Positions 29,261 to 39,719 of a DNA stretch of 64,000 nucleotides are shown here, in pieces. The stretch lies in NCBI GenBank assembly GCA_963780225.1, contig CAWAAX010000009.1, positions 164,033 to 228,032 on the forward strand. Direction: 5' to 3'. Under the pieces are notes generated by a model. That model made no database searches. It was given only the letters and a program-made list of their open reading frames with translations, and had not been told where the DNA came from. Within the stretch, counting starts at the first letter, position 1. Every line of letters starts with the position of its first letter. Made by a program: the position numbers and the translations under genes. The DNA is from an uncultured bacterium (lineage in GTDB: Bacteria; Edwardsbacteria; AC1; EtOH8).

Positions 29261-30733
29261 GTGAAACAACTTAACCAGCTGCTGAAAGCCATACCAGGAG
29301 AAACCCCATCCCTGGCCAACATTTCCCAAAACCTTGAGGTTTTGGGGCTGGGTTACGATTCCCGAAGCATCAAGCCGGGCGAGTTGTTCTTTGCCATCTC
29401 CGGTTACAAGACCGACGGTCGGAAATTCGTTGATCAGGCCCTGGCCCGGGGCGCGGCCGGCATAGTGGCCGAAGGCGGCCAGGAGTACGGCCCGGCTCCG
29501 GTGGTCAAAGTAAAAAACATCCGCCGGGCCATGGCCCTGATGGCGGCGGAGTTTTACGGCCGTCCGGCCGACCAGATGACGCTTCTGGCCATCACCGGCA
29601 CGGCCGGCAAGACCACCACTTCCTATCTGGCCCGTTCGGTCTTTGCCGCCGCCGGCAAAAAAGTGGGGCTGCTGGGGACCATCAATTACTGGGTGATGGA
29701 CAAAAGCTATCCCGCCCCCAACACCACTCCGGAGTCGCTGGACCTGCAAAGGCTGCTGGCCGAAATGCTGGAAGCCGGGGCCGACACGGTCCTGATGGAA
29801 GCGTCCTCCCACGGCATTGAGCTGGAACGGGTGGCCGGAATAGGTTTCAAGGCGGCGGCCTTCACCAATTTCTCCCAGGACCACCTGGACTTTCACGGCA
29901 CCATGGATGAATACCTGAAGGCCAAGCTTCGCTTGTTTCAAGGGTTAAGCGAAAAAGCCTGCTGCGTGGTGAACATTGACGATCCGGCCTCAAAAAATGT
30001 CATCGAGGCCACCAAGGCCGCGCTTTTGACCTTCGGGCTTTTGAAGCCGGCCCAGATCACGGCCCGCAATATCGAATACAGCCTGCAGGGAACAAGGTTC
30101 CAGCTTATTACCCCGGAAGGGAACATCGAGGTCAGTCTGGGCCTGGCCGGGCAGCCCAATGTTTACAATGCCCTGACGGCCTGCGGCCTGGGCCTGGCCG
30201 GCGGACTCAGCCTCAAGGCGGTCAAGGCCGGCCTGGAAGCGCTGACCTCGGTCTCCGGCAGGTTTCAGCGGGTCCCGGCCGGACAGGACTACGAGGTGGT
30301 GGTGGATTACGCCCATACCCCGCAGGAGCTGGAAAGGGTGCTGATCACCGCCCGGCAGCTGACCAAGGGAAGGTTGATCACAGTTTTCGGCTGCGGCGGC
30401 GACCGGGACCGCGGCAAGCGCCCCTTGATGGGGAAGGCGGTGGCCGGTCATTCGGACCTGGTGATAGTAACCTCTGACAATCCCCGGACCGAAGATCCCG
30501 CCAAGATAATAGAAGACATTTTGCCGGGCCTTGAAGGCAGCAAATTTCAGATAGTAGCCGACAGGCGTCAGGCAATATTTCAGGCGGTGGCCCAGGCAGA
30601 AAAAGGCGACCTGGTGATGATCGCCGGCAAAGGGCACGAGGACTACCAGATCATCGGCGCCGAAAAGATACATTTTGACGACCGGGAGGTGGCGCTGGAA
30701 GCTATCGGATCCCGCTCTTCGGGGCGGGGCTGA
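29261..30733 (+). CDS. murE: UDP-MurNAc-tripeptide synthetase
   Basis: ITGTAGKTT, NTTPES, MEASSH, DHLDFH, DYAHTP, DNPR, GKGHEDYQ. Confidence 0.96.
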   Translation: MKQLNQLLKAIPGETPSLANISQNLEVLGLGYDSRSIKPGELFFAISGYKTDGRKFVDQALARGAAGIVAEGGQEYGPAPVVKVKNIRRAMALMAAEFYGRPADQMTLLAITGTAGKTTTSYLARSVFAAAGKKVGLLGTINYWVMDKSYPAPNTTPESLDLQRLLAEMLEAGADTVLMEASSHGIELERVAGIGFKAAAFTNFSQDHLDFHGTMDEYLKAKLRLFQGLSEKACCVVNIDDPASKNVIEATKAALLTFGLLKPAQITARNIEYSLQGTRFQLITPEGNIEVSLGLAGQPNVYNALTACGLGLAGGLSLKAVKAGLEALTSVSGRFQRVPAGQDYEVVVDYAHTPQELERVLITARQLTKGRLITVFGCGGDRDRGKRPLMGKAVAGHSDLVIVTSDNPRTEDPAKIIEDILPGLEGSKFQIVADRRQAIFQAVAQAEKGDLVMIAGKGHEDYQIIGAEKIHFDDREVALEAIGSRSSGRG

Positions 30734-32088
30734 TGGAGCCCATGCTGCTGTCGCAAATCGCCGGGGCGGTGGGGGGCATTCTGCGGGGACCGGACCGGAA
30801 AGTTTCCGGCGCCAGCATCGACAGCCGTTCCCTGAAAGCGGATCAATTGTTCGCGGCCATCAAGGGACCCAAGTTCGACGGACATGATTTTCTTATCGCA
30901 GCCCGACGGAGCGGGGCAGCAGCGGCCCTGGTCTCGGCCCAAAATTCCAAAGACAAACCGGGCTTGGAAGGTTTTTCCCTGATCACCGTCTCCGATACCA
31001 CGGCGGCCCTGCAGCAGCTGGCTGGATATTATCGCAAAAAATTCCCCCTGAAGATGACGGCCGTCACCGGCAGCAACGGCAAGACCACCACCAAGGAAAT
31101 GACGGCCCGGGTGTTGTCCCAAAAATACCGGGTGCTAAAAAATCAGGGAAATTTAAACAACCAGTATGGCATACCCCTTTCGCTCTTTAATATTGAGAAG
31201 GAACACCAGGCGGCGGTGATGGAACTGGGAATGAGCGGTCTGGGGGAGATCGCTGCCCTGTGCCAAATGGTGCTTCCGGAACTGGGGATCATCACCAACG
31301 CCGGCGAGGGCCACACCGAATTCTTAAAGGACATCCGGAACGTGGCACGGGCCAAGGCCGAACTTTTGGAGGCCCTGCCGGATAACGGCACCGCCATCAT
31401 CAATTACGACGACGGGAATTTAAAGGCTCTTGCCGGAAAAGCCAGATCCAGGGTGCTGGGATTCTCGATAGAATCCGGCTCCGATTACCGGGCGGAAGAC
31501 CTTGATCTGACGGAGCAGGGGATAAAGTTCACCCTAAAAGGGGTCCGGTTCCAACTGCCGGTGCTGGGCAGGCACAACATCTATAATGCCCTGGCGGCGG
31601 CGGCGGCCGGAGAGGTTTGGGGAATAGAGCTCAAGTCTGCGGCCCTGGCTTTGGCTGATTTCCAACCGGCCTCGATGCGGCTGGAGATGATGGAGGCCGG
31701 AAAATATAAAATACTGAGCGACTGTTATAATGCTAACCCCCAGTCCATGCAGGCGGCCCTGGCGGTGCTGAAAAGCCTACCGGCCCAAAGGAAAGTGGCC
31801 ATCCTGGGGGACATGAAGGAACTGGGTGCAATATCCCCGGACCGGCACCGGCAGACCGGAAGGCTGGCGGCTCAGTCCGCCGGACTGGTCCTCTCCGCCG
31901 GCCCGCTGGCCTCAGAAATTCACCAGGGGGCAAAAGAACAGGGGGTGGAGGCCCGCCATTTCGAGGATGTCTCCAGTCTGATCCAAAACCTTCCCGGCCT
32001 GCTCCTGCCCGGAGACCTGATCCTAGTCAAGGCTTCCCGCTCCATGCATTTTGAAGAAGTATTAGAAGCAATAAAGAGGATCCAATAA
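30733..32088 (+). CDS. murF: UDP-MurNAc-pentapeptide synthetase
   Basis: TGSNGKTTTKEM, NLNNQYGIP, MELGM, DCYNANPQSM, LVKASR. Confidence 0.96.
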   Translation: MEPMLLSQIAGAVGGILRGPDRKVSGASIDSRSLKADQLFAAIKGPKFDGHDFLIAARRSGAAAALVSAQNSKDKPGLEGFSLITVSDTTAALQQLAGYYRKKFPLKMTAVTGSNGKTTTKEMTARVLSQKYRVLKNQGNLNNQYGIPLSLFNIEKEHQAAVMELGMSGLGEIAALCQMVLPELGIITNAGEGHTEFLKDIRNVARAKAELLEALPDNGTAIINYDDGNLKALAGKARSRVLGFSIESGSDYRAEDLDLTEQGIKFTLKGVRFQLPVLGRHNIYNALAAAAAGEVWGIELKSAALALADFQPASMRLEMMEAGKYKILSDCYNANPQSMQAALAVLKSLPAQRKVAILGDMKELGAISPDRHRQTGRLAAQSAGLVLSAGPLASEIHQGAKEQGVEARHFEDVSSLIQNLPGLLLPGDLILVKASRSMHFEEVLEAIKRIQ

Positions 32089-33174
32089 GTGCTGTACTAT
32101 CTGTTTTATCCCTTGGCCGAGCAGGTCCACTTATTCAATCTGTTCCGCTACATCACCTTCCGTTCGGCCTCGGCCCTGGTGACGGCGCTTTTGATCTCAT
32201 TTCTGCTGGGCCCGCTGATCATCGGCTGGCTTAAGAAGCTCAAGATCAAGGACACCGGCCGGGAAGACCTTCCGGCCGAGCACCGGAACAAGGTCGGCAC
32301 CCCCACCATGGGCGGGTTGATAATTTTGGCGGCCATAATAATACCGGTGCTCTTGTGGGCCGATCTATCCAACCAGTACATCCAGATATCGCTGGCGGCC
32401 ACCATACTTTTGGGTCTGATCGGCTTCTATGACGATTACCTGAAAGTGGTCAAAAAGAACCCCAAGGGCCTGGTGGGCCGGAAAAAACTGCTGGGGCAGT
32501 TCGCGGTGGCCCTGCTGATAGCCGTATATCTCAGATTCTTTCCCCTCAATCCGGAATACGCCACCAAGACCAGCCTGCTGTTCTTTAAAAATGTGTTCAT
32601 AGACCTGGCCTGGTTCTACATTCCTTTCGTGACACTGGTGATAGTGTTCACCTCCAATGCGGTGAATTTGACCGACGGATTGGATGGCCTGGCCATAGGG
32701 GTCTTTCTTTTCGCCGCCGCCGCTTACGCCATAATGTGCTACATCACCGGCAACTTCAAATGGGCCCAGTACCTCAACCTGTTGTTCATGAAAGGCTCGG
32801 GCGAACTGACGGTGCTTTGCGCCGCGATGGTGGGAGCGGCCATGGGTTTTCTTTGGTACAACACCCACCCGGCCGAGATCATGATGGGGGACACCGGCTC
32901 CCTGGCCCTGGGCGGAGTGATAGGAACGGTCTCGGTGCTGATCAAGCAGGAGATCCTGCTGGGACTGGTGGGAGGGGTGTTTGTGATGGAGGCCTTTTCG
33001 GTGATCCTCCAGGTGGCCTCCTTCAAGTCCACCGGCAAGAGGATATTCAGGATGACCCCCATCCATCATCACTTCCAGAAGATAGGATGGAGCGAGCAGA
33101 AGATAGTGGTCCGGTTCTGGATCATAGCCTTCATCTGCGCCCTGGTGGCATTGAGCACCCTAAAGATCAGGTAA
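32089..33174 (+). CDS. mraY: Phospho-N-acetylmuramoyl-pentapeptide transferase
   Basis: GTPTMGG, GFYDDY, NAVNLTDGLDGL, MGDTGSLALG, PIHHHF. Confidence 0.98.
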   Translation: MLYYLFYPLAEQVHLFNLFRYITFRSASALVTALLISFLLGPLIIGWLKKLKIKDTGREDLPAEHRNKVGTPTMGGLIILAAIIIPVLLWADLSNQYIQISLAATILLGLIGFYDDYLKVVKKNPKGLVGRKKLLGQFAVALLIAVYLRFFPLNPEYATKTSLLFFKNVFIDLAWFYIPFVTLVIVFTSNAVNLTDGLDGLAIGVFLFAAAAYAIMCYITGNFKWAQYLNLLFMKGSGELTVLCAAMVGAAMGFLWYNTHPAEIMMGDTGSLALGGVIGTVSVLIKQEILLGLVGGVFVMEAFSVILQVASFKSTGKRIFRMTPIHHHFQKIGWSEQKIVVRFWIIAFICALVALSTLKIR

Positions 33175-33194
33175 AAAATAATCGTAACCATTTA

Positions 33195-33269
33195 GCCACA
33201 AAGGCACAAAGACACTAAGCAATATTTAAAAAAATGAAATCGTATTTGGTGCCTTGGTGTCTTAGTGGC
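33195..33269. repeat. Intergenic inverted-repeat element with 9-nt periodic arms
   Basis: GCCACAAAGGCACAAAGACACTAAG ... TTTGGTGCCTTGGTGTCTTAGTGGC. Confidence 0.75.
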
Positions 33270-33305
33270 GTTTAGTAGTTCACCAAAATCATTAAAAAAT
33301 AAAAA

Positions 33306-34679
33306 TTGAAGCTGGAACTTAAAGATAAAACAGCGGCGGTGATCGGCGCCGGAAGAAGCGGACTGGCGGCGGCCCGGCTGTTGAAAAAGAACGGGGCCAG
33401 GGTCCTGTTGTCCGAGGGAAGATCTTTAAACCCCCAGGCAAAATCAGACTTAAAGGCGGCCGGCATACAATATGAAACCGGCGGACATTCCGGAAAAGTT
33501 GTGGAGGCCGATCTGGTGGTGATAAGTCCCGGGGTCAGGCTGGAACTGCCCATACTAGAGGAAGCCAGGGAAAAGAACATTCCGGTGATCGGCGAGATGG
33601 AGCTGGCCTATCAATTGACCCCGGCCAAAATCATCGGGATCACCGGCACCAACGGAAAATCCACCACCACTTCCATGCTGGGCGGGATATTGCAGGCCGC
33701 CGGGATGGATTGTTACATCGGCGGCAACCTGGCGCCGGGGCGCCCGGTCTGCGAGCTGGCCCTGGAAGCCGGCCCCCAAAGCTTCATCGTGGCCGAGGTC
33801 AGCACCTTCCAGCTGGAGTCCATAGTAGATTTTAAGCCGTATATCGGCATCATCACCAACATCACTCCCGACCACCTGGACCGGCACCCCGATTTTGAGA
33901 CCTACGCCAAACTTAAGGCCCGGCTGCTGGAAAATCAAACCCCTTCCGATCATGCCGTTTTGAATGCCGATGACGAGATGGTGATGAAATATGCCTCGGG
34001 GGCCGGATCACAAAAAATGATGTTTTCCCTGTTGCGCCGGGTGGAGCAGGGGACCTGCCTTGACCAGGGGACGATGTGCTGGGCGCAGGGCAAGGAACTG
34101 GTCCCGCTGATGCGGGCTTCGGAACTGGCGGTGCCCGGACAGCACAATGTTCAAAATGCACTGGCGGCGGCGGCGGCGGCCATGATCCTGAAAATCTCTC
34201 CGGCCACGGTCAAACAGGCGCTGGAAACATTCCAAGGCGTGCCCCACCGGCTGGAGGAAGCGGGAATGGTGAACGGCGTTCGCTACATCAACAATTCCAT
34301 GTGCACCAATGCTGCGGCCGGGGTCAGCTCGCTGAGGGCCTTCGGTGAACAGATGGTGGTCATTGCCGGGGGCAAGGAGAAGAACGTCGACCTTTCCGAT
34401 TTTCTGAAGGAGATCGCCCAAAAGGCATGGGCGGCGGTGTTGATAGGAGAATGCCGGGACCGGATGGAACGGGAACTTTCAAACCTGGGAATGAAGAACC
34501 TTCACAAGGCCGGAAGCATGAAAGAGGCGGTTTTGCAGGCCTCGGTTCTGGCCCGGCCCGGCCAGCTGGTGATGCTGGTGCCGGGGGCCGCCAGTTTTGA
34601 CATGTTCAAGGATTTTGAGGACCGGGGCAACCAGTTCAAACAGGCTGTGGCCGGATTGAAGAAGAATGAACTACCGTAA
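33306..34679 (+). CDS. murD: UDP-MurNAc-L-Ala:D-Glu ligase
   Basis: GAGRSG, SPGV, ITGTNGKSTT, EVSTFQL, DHLDRH, HRLE, ASFDMF. Confidence 0.96.
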   Translation: MKLELKDKTAAVIGAGRSGLAAARLLKKNGARVLLSEGRSLNPQAKSDLKAAGIQYETGGHSGKVVEADLVVISPGVRLELPILEEAREKNIPVIGEMELAYQLTPAKIIGITGTNGKSTTTSMLGGILQAAGMDCYIGGNLAPGRPVCELALEAGPQSFIVAEVSTFQLESIVDFKPYIGIITNITPDHLDRHPDFETYAKLKARLLENQTPSDHAVLNADDEMVMKYASGAGSQKMMFSLLRRVEQGTCLDQGTMCWAQGKELVPLMRASELAVPGQHNVQNALAAAAAAMILKISPATVKQALETFQGVPHRLEEAGMVNGVRYINNSMCTNAAAGVSSLRAFGEQMVVIAGGKEKNVDLSDFLKEIAQKAWAAVLIGECRDRMERELSNLGMKNLHKAGSMKEAVLQASVLARPGQLVMLVPGAASFDMFKDFEDRGNQFKQAVAGLKKNELP

Positions 34680-36321
34680 GGGGGAAATCGACCATCTGCT
34701 GCTGGTGGCAGTGCTGCTTCTGGCCGGCTACGGCTTTGTGATGAGCTACAGCGTCAGCGATTATCTGATATCCGGCAACTCCGCCCTGTTCCGATCCCGC
34801 GATTTCAAGCAGCCGGCCGCGCTGGCCCAAAAGATCTCCCAGGGACGGGAGGGGGTTCCCGCTCTGATAAAAAGCCGGCTCCCGGCTTCGACCCTGTACC
34901 TGCTGGGGCATTACGGCAGTTTGAAAAAGGTCGATGCCGACAGTTTAAAGAAGATCTTGTCGGATGCGCTTAACCCGGTTCTGCTGGGGGGGGCCATTTA
35001 CGACGACCAGGCCTTCAAGGATGTGAAAATATCAAAAGCCGCCGCCGGGATGCTGGCCCAGAACCCGGAAGGCGAGGAGATGGTAAAGCTGAACAGAATG
35101 CTGCTGCAGGCGGCCTTTTCCCAGGAGATCCAAGGCCGGTCGTTCTATTACCGGCTGGGGATATTAAAAGGAACGCTCTGGCGCTTTCTGGCGGCAGCCT
35201 TGGTATTCATAGCCGCCTTCAAGATCAACTACCGCAAAGTGCGGCACCTGATCGGGCCGGTGTTCATGGTCCTGCTGGCGATCCTGTACATCACTCCTTT
35301 CGCCGCCCGGGCGGTGCGGGGGGCCAAGAGCTGGTTTTTGGGGGTTCAGCCGGCCGAATTTGCCAAACTTTTCCTGGTGCTGTTTTTGGCAGATTTCATG
35401 GCCCGCCGGGGGGAACAGATGAAAAGCCTGAAGCGGGGTTTTTCCCCGGCCTTGGTTTGCATAGGCCTGGTCTGCGCAGCAGTGATGATGCAGCCTGATT
35501 TCGGCAGCACATTGGTAATTGCGGTGCTGGGATTATTGCTGATCTACCTGGGTGGGGTGAACCAGCCGGCCTGGTTTGCAGTTGTGGGGCTGGGGATGGC
35601 GGGTTTTGTGGGTCTGGCGCTAAAATTCAGCCACGTTAAGAACAGGCTGGCCGGATTCTGGTGGGCATCCCAGGGTTCCGATGAACTGAGCACATTGTTC
35701 CAGCTCCCTGGTTCCGATTTTCAATCGGCGGTGTCCCTGCAGTTCCAAAAAATGTTGGGTCATGTCCCTTCGCCGCCGGAATTGGGGGGATTCAAGAACG
35801 CCCTCAGTCAGACCTACCAATCGCTCCTGGGGATCGGTTCGGGGGGGCTACTGGGAGTGGGGATGGGGCAGAGCCGCCAAAAGCTGCTGTTTCTGCCGGA
35901 AGCCCACACCGATTTCATATTTTCCATCATTGCCGAGGAAGGCGGATTGTTGATCGCAGCGGCGGTGCTGGTTCTTTTCTGGGTGATCCTATGGCGGGGG
36001 ATCAAAATGGCCCGCCAGATGCCGGAGGCCTTTGAGTCTTATCTGATGCTGGGTTTGAGCCTGGGGATATTCATTCAGGCGGCAATAAATATAATGGTGG
36101 CTTCAGGGCTTTTCCCCATCACCGGGATCCCCCTGCCGTTCCTTAGTTTTGGCGGCTCGGCCCTGATGGTCAACGGGGCGGCGGCCGGCCTGATGCTGAA
36201 CCTTTCGCGTTACCGGGCCGACCGGCCCGGCGCAGGCAGTGATTGGAGGAAGGATGAAACTTTTGATAGCCGGAGGAGGAACCGGCGGGCATCTTTATCC
36301 CGGGCTGGCGGTAGCCGCTGA
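34666..36321 (+). CDS. ftsW: SEDS peptidoglycan polymerase FtsW (with insertions)
   Basis: GAKSW, QPAEFAK, QPDFGS, LPEAHTDFIFSIIAEE, TGIPLPFLSFGGS. Confidence 0.92.
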   Translation: MNYRKGEIDHLLLVAVLLLAGYGFVMSYSVSDYLISGNSALFRSRDFKQPAALAQKISQGREGVPALIKSRLPASTLYLLGHYGSLKKVDADSLKKILSDALNPVLLGGAIYDDQAFKDVKISKAAAGMLAQNPEGEEMVKLNRMLLQAAFSQEIQGRSFYYRLGILKGTLWRFLAAALVFIAAFKINYRKVRHLIGPVFMVLLAILYITPFAARAVRGAKSWFLGVQPAEFAKLFLVLFLADFMARRGEQMKSLKRGFSPALVCIGLVCAAVMMQPDFGSTLVIAVLGLLLIYLGGVNQPAWFAVVGLGMAGFVGLALKFSHVKNRLAGFWWASQGSDELSTLFQLPGSDFQSAVSLQFQKMLGHVPSPPELGGFKNALSQTYQSLLGIGSGGLLGVGMGQSRQKLLFLPEAHTDFIFSIIAEEGGLLIAAAVLVLFWVILWRGIKMARQMPEAFESYLMLGLSLGIFIQAAINIMVASGLFPITGIPLPFLSFGGSALMVNGAAAGLMLNLSRYRADRPGAGSDWRKDETFDSRRRNRRASLSRAGGSR

Positions 36322-37351
36322 GTTTGACAAACTGGCGCCAGGCAACCGGGCGGAATTCATAGGCACCAAAAAGGGCATTGAGGCCCGAGTGCTGCCGGGA
36401 ACCGGTTACAGCCTGAGATACATAACCATCGGAGGTTACCTGGGAAAATCCCATTGGCAGAAGATGATTTTTCCCTTCAGTTTCATTATTGCCACCCTGC
36501 AGACGCTCTTTTACATGATCACCGATAGGCCGGATGCGGTGCTGGGAACCGGGGGATATGTCTCGGCCCCGCCGGTACTGGCCGCCTGGTTGCTCCGGAT
36601 ACCGGTGTCCCTGCTGGCGCTGGATGTGATGCCCAGCAAAGCCGTGAGATTCCTGTCCCGTTTTGCCGGCGAGATATACGGCGGCTTCCCCGAATGCTCT
36701 CAGTACCTGGATAAAAAGGCGAAAGTGATTTTTACCGGCAATCCCATCCGCCGGGAGATAGGAAATATCTCAAAGGAGCATGGGATTAGGGAATTCGGAC
36801 TGGAAGCCGGTAAAAAGACAATCCTAATTTTCGGGGGCAGCCAGGGAGCCCACAGTATCAATCTGGCGGTGCTGGATTCCCTGATTCACCTGGACCAGGC
36901 AGGATACCTGAAAGACATTCAGTTCATCTTCCAAACCGGACAAAAAGACCTTAGCCTGGTAACGGAGAAGTGTCAAAGCTCAAAAGCTTCGGTCAAAGTG
37001 CTGGCTTACATAGACAAGATGCCTTATGCCATGGCGGCCGCCGACCTGGTCATCAGCCGGTCCGGGTCCGCGGTCTCGGAAACGCTGGCCTGCAGCCTGC
37101 CTTCGGTACTGGTTCCCTTTCCCTACGCCGCCAGCAACCATCAGGAGTACAACGCCCGCAGCCTGGAAAAAGCCGGAGCGGCGGAGATGGTTCTGGACTC
37201 GGCACTGAATGGCAGGGATCTGTCACAAAAGATAATTGGAATACTATTCAACTCAGAAAAATATGAAAAGATGTCCCAGTCCGCGGGGATCCTGGCCCGG
37301 CCGGAAGCAGCCTTGGTAATAGCCCGAAAACTATTAAAATTTTCAGAATAA
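36254..37351 (+). CDS. murG: Lipid II GlcNAc transferase
   Basis: GGGTGGHLYP, GTGGYVS, GNPIR, GGSQGA, HQEYNA. Confidence 0.96.
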   Translation: MKLLIAGGGTGGHLYPGLAVAAEFDKLAPGNRAEFIGTKKGIEARVLPGTGYSLRYITIGGYLGKSHWQKMIFPFSFIIATLQTLFYMITDRPDAVLGTGGYVSAPPVLAAWLLRIPVSLLALDVMPSKAVRFLSRFAGEIYGGFPECSQYLDKKAKVIFTGNPIRREIGNISKEHGIREFGLEAGKKTILIFGGSQGAHSINLAVLDSLIHLDQAGYLKDIQFIFQTGQKDLSLVTEKCQSSKASVKVLAYIDKMPYAMAAADLVISRSGSAVSETLACSLPSVLVPFPYAASNHQEYNARSLEKAGAAEMVLDSALNGRDLSQKIIGILFNSEKYEKMSQSAGILARPEAALVIARKLLKFSE

Positions 37352-37355
37352 AAAA

Positions 37356-38717
37356 ATGTTTGGAAAAATCAAAAAAATCCATTTCGTGGGAATCGGCGGG
37401 ATCGGGATGAGCGGTATCGCCGAGGTCCTGCTGAACCTGAGCTACCAGGTCTCCGGCTCGGATCTGAAACTTTCCGAGATCACAGAGCATCTTCAGTCCA
37501 TGGGGGCCAGGATCTCCGAGGGCCATCGTCCCTCCAACCTGGGCCAGGTAGAGGTGGTGGTCATTTCCTCGGCAGTCCACGACGATAACCCCGAGGTCCG
37601 GGCCGCCCGGGAACGCAAGATCCCGGTGATCCGCCGGGCCGAGATGCTGGCCGAGCTGATGCGGATGAAGTACGGCATCGGGGTGGCCGGCACCCACGGC
37701 AAGACCACCACCACCTCCATGATCGGCCAGGTGCTGACCAAGGCCGGGATGGACCCCACCCTGGTGATCGGCGGCAAGGTGAAAACCTTGGGCAGCAACG
37801 CCAAGCTGGGGGCCGGCCAGTACCTGGTGGCCGAGGCCGACGAATTTGACCGCTCGTTCCTAAAGCTTTCTCCCACCTTGGCGGTGATCACCACCATCGA
37901 GGCTGAGCATCTGGACTGTTACAAGGACCTGGACGAGATCAAGAATGCCTTCGTGGAATTCGCCAACAAGGTCCCGTTCTACGGCGCCATCGTGGCCTGC
38001 CTGGATGAAAAGGGTGTCCAGGCCATTCTGCCCCGGCTGGAAAAGCGCTGCATCACCTACGGTTTTTCGCCCCAGGCCGAGCTCAAGGCCAAGGACGTCA
38101 AGTTCAACGGAATGGAAACCTCCTACACCGCCTTCAACGGCCGGGGGCAGTTCGGACAGATCAGACTAAAACTGCCAGGGATGCATAACGTCAAGAATTC
38201 CCTGGCGGCGGTGGCGGTGGGCCTGGATCTGGAGATTCCATTCAGTATCATCGCCCAAGCCCTGTACGAGTTCAGCGGGGTTTACCGCCGGTTCGAGATC
38301 AAGGGCGAAAAGAACGACATCCTGGTAATAGACGACTACGGACACCATCCCACCGAAATCGAGGCCACGCTTAAGGCCGCCAAGGACTCCTTCGGCCGCC
38401 GGGTGATCGCGGTCTTTCAGCCCCATCTCTACAGCCGCACCCGCGATTTTTACAAGGAATTCGGTTCGGCCTTCTATCAGGCCGATCTGTTGATAGTCAC
38501 CGGGATCTATCCGGCCCGGGAGAAGCCGATTGAGGGGGTCAGCGGAAAATTAGTGGCCGATGCCGCCCGGGAATTGGGGCACCGCCAGGTGCAGTACCTT
38601 GAACAAAGATCGCAAGTGGTCGCCGAGCTTAAAACCATGGCCCGGCCCGGCGATATCATAATAACTTTGGGAGCCGGCGATATCTACAAGGCCGGGGAGG
38701 AATATTTGAATGGTTAA
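37356..38717 (+). CDS. murC: UDP-MurNAc:L-Ala ligase
   Basis: HFVGIGGIGMSG, GTHGKTTTT, EADEFD, DDYGHHPTE, FQPHLYSRT. Confidence 0.98.
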   Translation: MFGKIKKIHFVGIGGIGMSGIAEVLLNLSYQVSGSDLKLSEITEHLQSMGARISEGHRPSNLGQVEVVVISSAVHDDNPEVRAARERKIPVIRRAEMLAELMRMKYGIGVAGTHGKTTTTSMIGQVLTKAGMDPTLVIGGKVKTLGSNAKLGAGQYLVAEADEFDRSFLKLSPTLAVITTIEAEHLDCYKDLDEIKNAFVEFANKVPFYGAIVACLDEKGVQAILPRLEKRCITYGFSPQAELKAKDVKFNGMETSYTAFNGRGQFGQIRLKLPGMHNVKNSLAAVAVGLDLEIPFSIIAQALYEFSGVYRRFEIKGEKNDILVIDDYGHHPTEIEATLKAAKDSFGRRVIAVFQPHLYSRTRDFYKEFGSAFYQADLLIVTGIYPAREKPIEGVSGKLVADAARELGHRQVQYLEQRSQVVAELKTMARPGDIIITLGAGDIYKAGEEYLNG

Positions 38718-39615
38718 GACATCAAAGATACTCGATCTGCCCCAGGGGCTGGCTGGGGAATTCCTTTTCAACGAGCCGCTGAGCGGACACACCTCTTTTC
38801 GGATCGGCGGGCCGGCGGAACTGCTGGCCATTCCCTGCGGAGAGCAGGCCTTGTCCGGATTATTGGCCCGGATAAAAAAATACAAGCTGAATTATTATGT
38901 GCTGGGCAACGGATCCAATCTGCTGGTCGAAGACCGGGGATATAAAGGGGTGGTGATCAAGATTGCCAGGGGTTTCAAGAATCTTTCCCGGGACAAGAAC
39001 CGCCTGACGGTGGACAGCGGATATTCCCTTCCGGCCCTGGTGGATTATTGCGCCCAGGAAGGTCTGTCCGGACTGGAGTGGGCGGTGGGTATCCCCGGCT
39101 CCCTGGGCGGGGCGCTGGTGATGAACGCCGGGGCCTACGGCGGACAGATGGCCGACTCGGTAAAAAAGGTCTGGGGGCTGACCCCGGAGGGAAAGAAATT
39201 GAAGCTTTCCCCCAAGCAGATAAACTTTTTCTACCGCCAGGCCCATTATCCCAAGGGGTTTGTGATCACCGGGGCCGAGTTGGAGCTTAAGCCGGGGCGC
39301 CGGAGCAGCATTGAAAAAGCCATGAAACTCTATCTTTCCAAACGCAAGCGCAATCAGCCGCTCAGCCTGCCCTCGGCCGGGTGCATTTTCAAGAACCCGC
39401 AGGGTGATTCGGCCAAGAGGCTGATCGCCGTGGCTGGACTTAAGGGCCAGAAGCTGGGTGGAGCTGCAGTCTCGGTCAAGCATGCCAATTTCATAATCAA
39501 CCAAGGTGGAGCTACAGCGGCCGAAGTTCTGGCCCTGATAAAAAAGATCCAAAGACAGGCCTACCAGCGGCTGGGCATCAGGCTGATCCCAGAGGTTAAG
39601 ATCCTGGGGAAATAA
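38710..39615 (+). CDS. murB: UDP-N-acetylenolpyruvoylglucosamine reductase
   Basis: TSFRIGGPA, GNGSNLL, GIPGSLGG, MNAGAYG, SAGCIFKNP, HANF. Confidence 0.96.
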   Translation: MVKTSKILDLPQGLAGEFLFNEPLSGHTSFRIGGPAELLAIPCGEQALSGLLARIKKYKLNYYVLGNGSNLLVEDRGYKGVVIKIARGFKNLSRDKNRLTVDSGYSLPALVDYCAQEGLSGLEWAVGIPGSLGGALVMNAGAYGGQMADSVKKVWGLTPEGKKLKLSPKQINFFYRQAHYPKGFVITGAELELKPGRRSSIEKAMKLYLSKRKRNQPLSLPSAGCIFKNPQGDSAKRLIAVAGLKGQKLGGAAVSVKHANFIINQGGATAAEVLALIKKIQRQAYQRLGIRLIPEVKILGK

Positions 39616-39626
39616 CGAAGGGGCTT

Positions 39627-39695
39627 TTGACAGGGTTAACAAGATTTGTACAAGATTTTAAAATTTTCCCGGTAAAATCATGTTAATCCTGTCTA
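39627..39695. repeat. Intergenic inverted-repeat element (same family as 15937-16006)
   Basis: TTGACAGGGTTAACAAGATT ... AATCATGTTAATCCTGTCTA. Confidence 0.78.
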
Positions 39696-39719
39696 TTCCC
39701 GAAAAGATTGAATGGTCAA

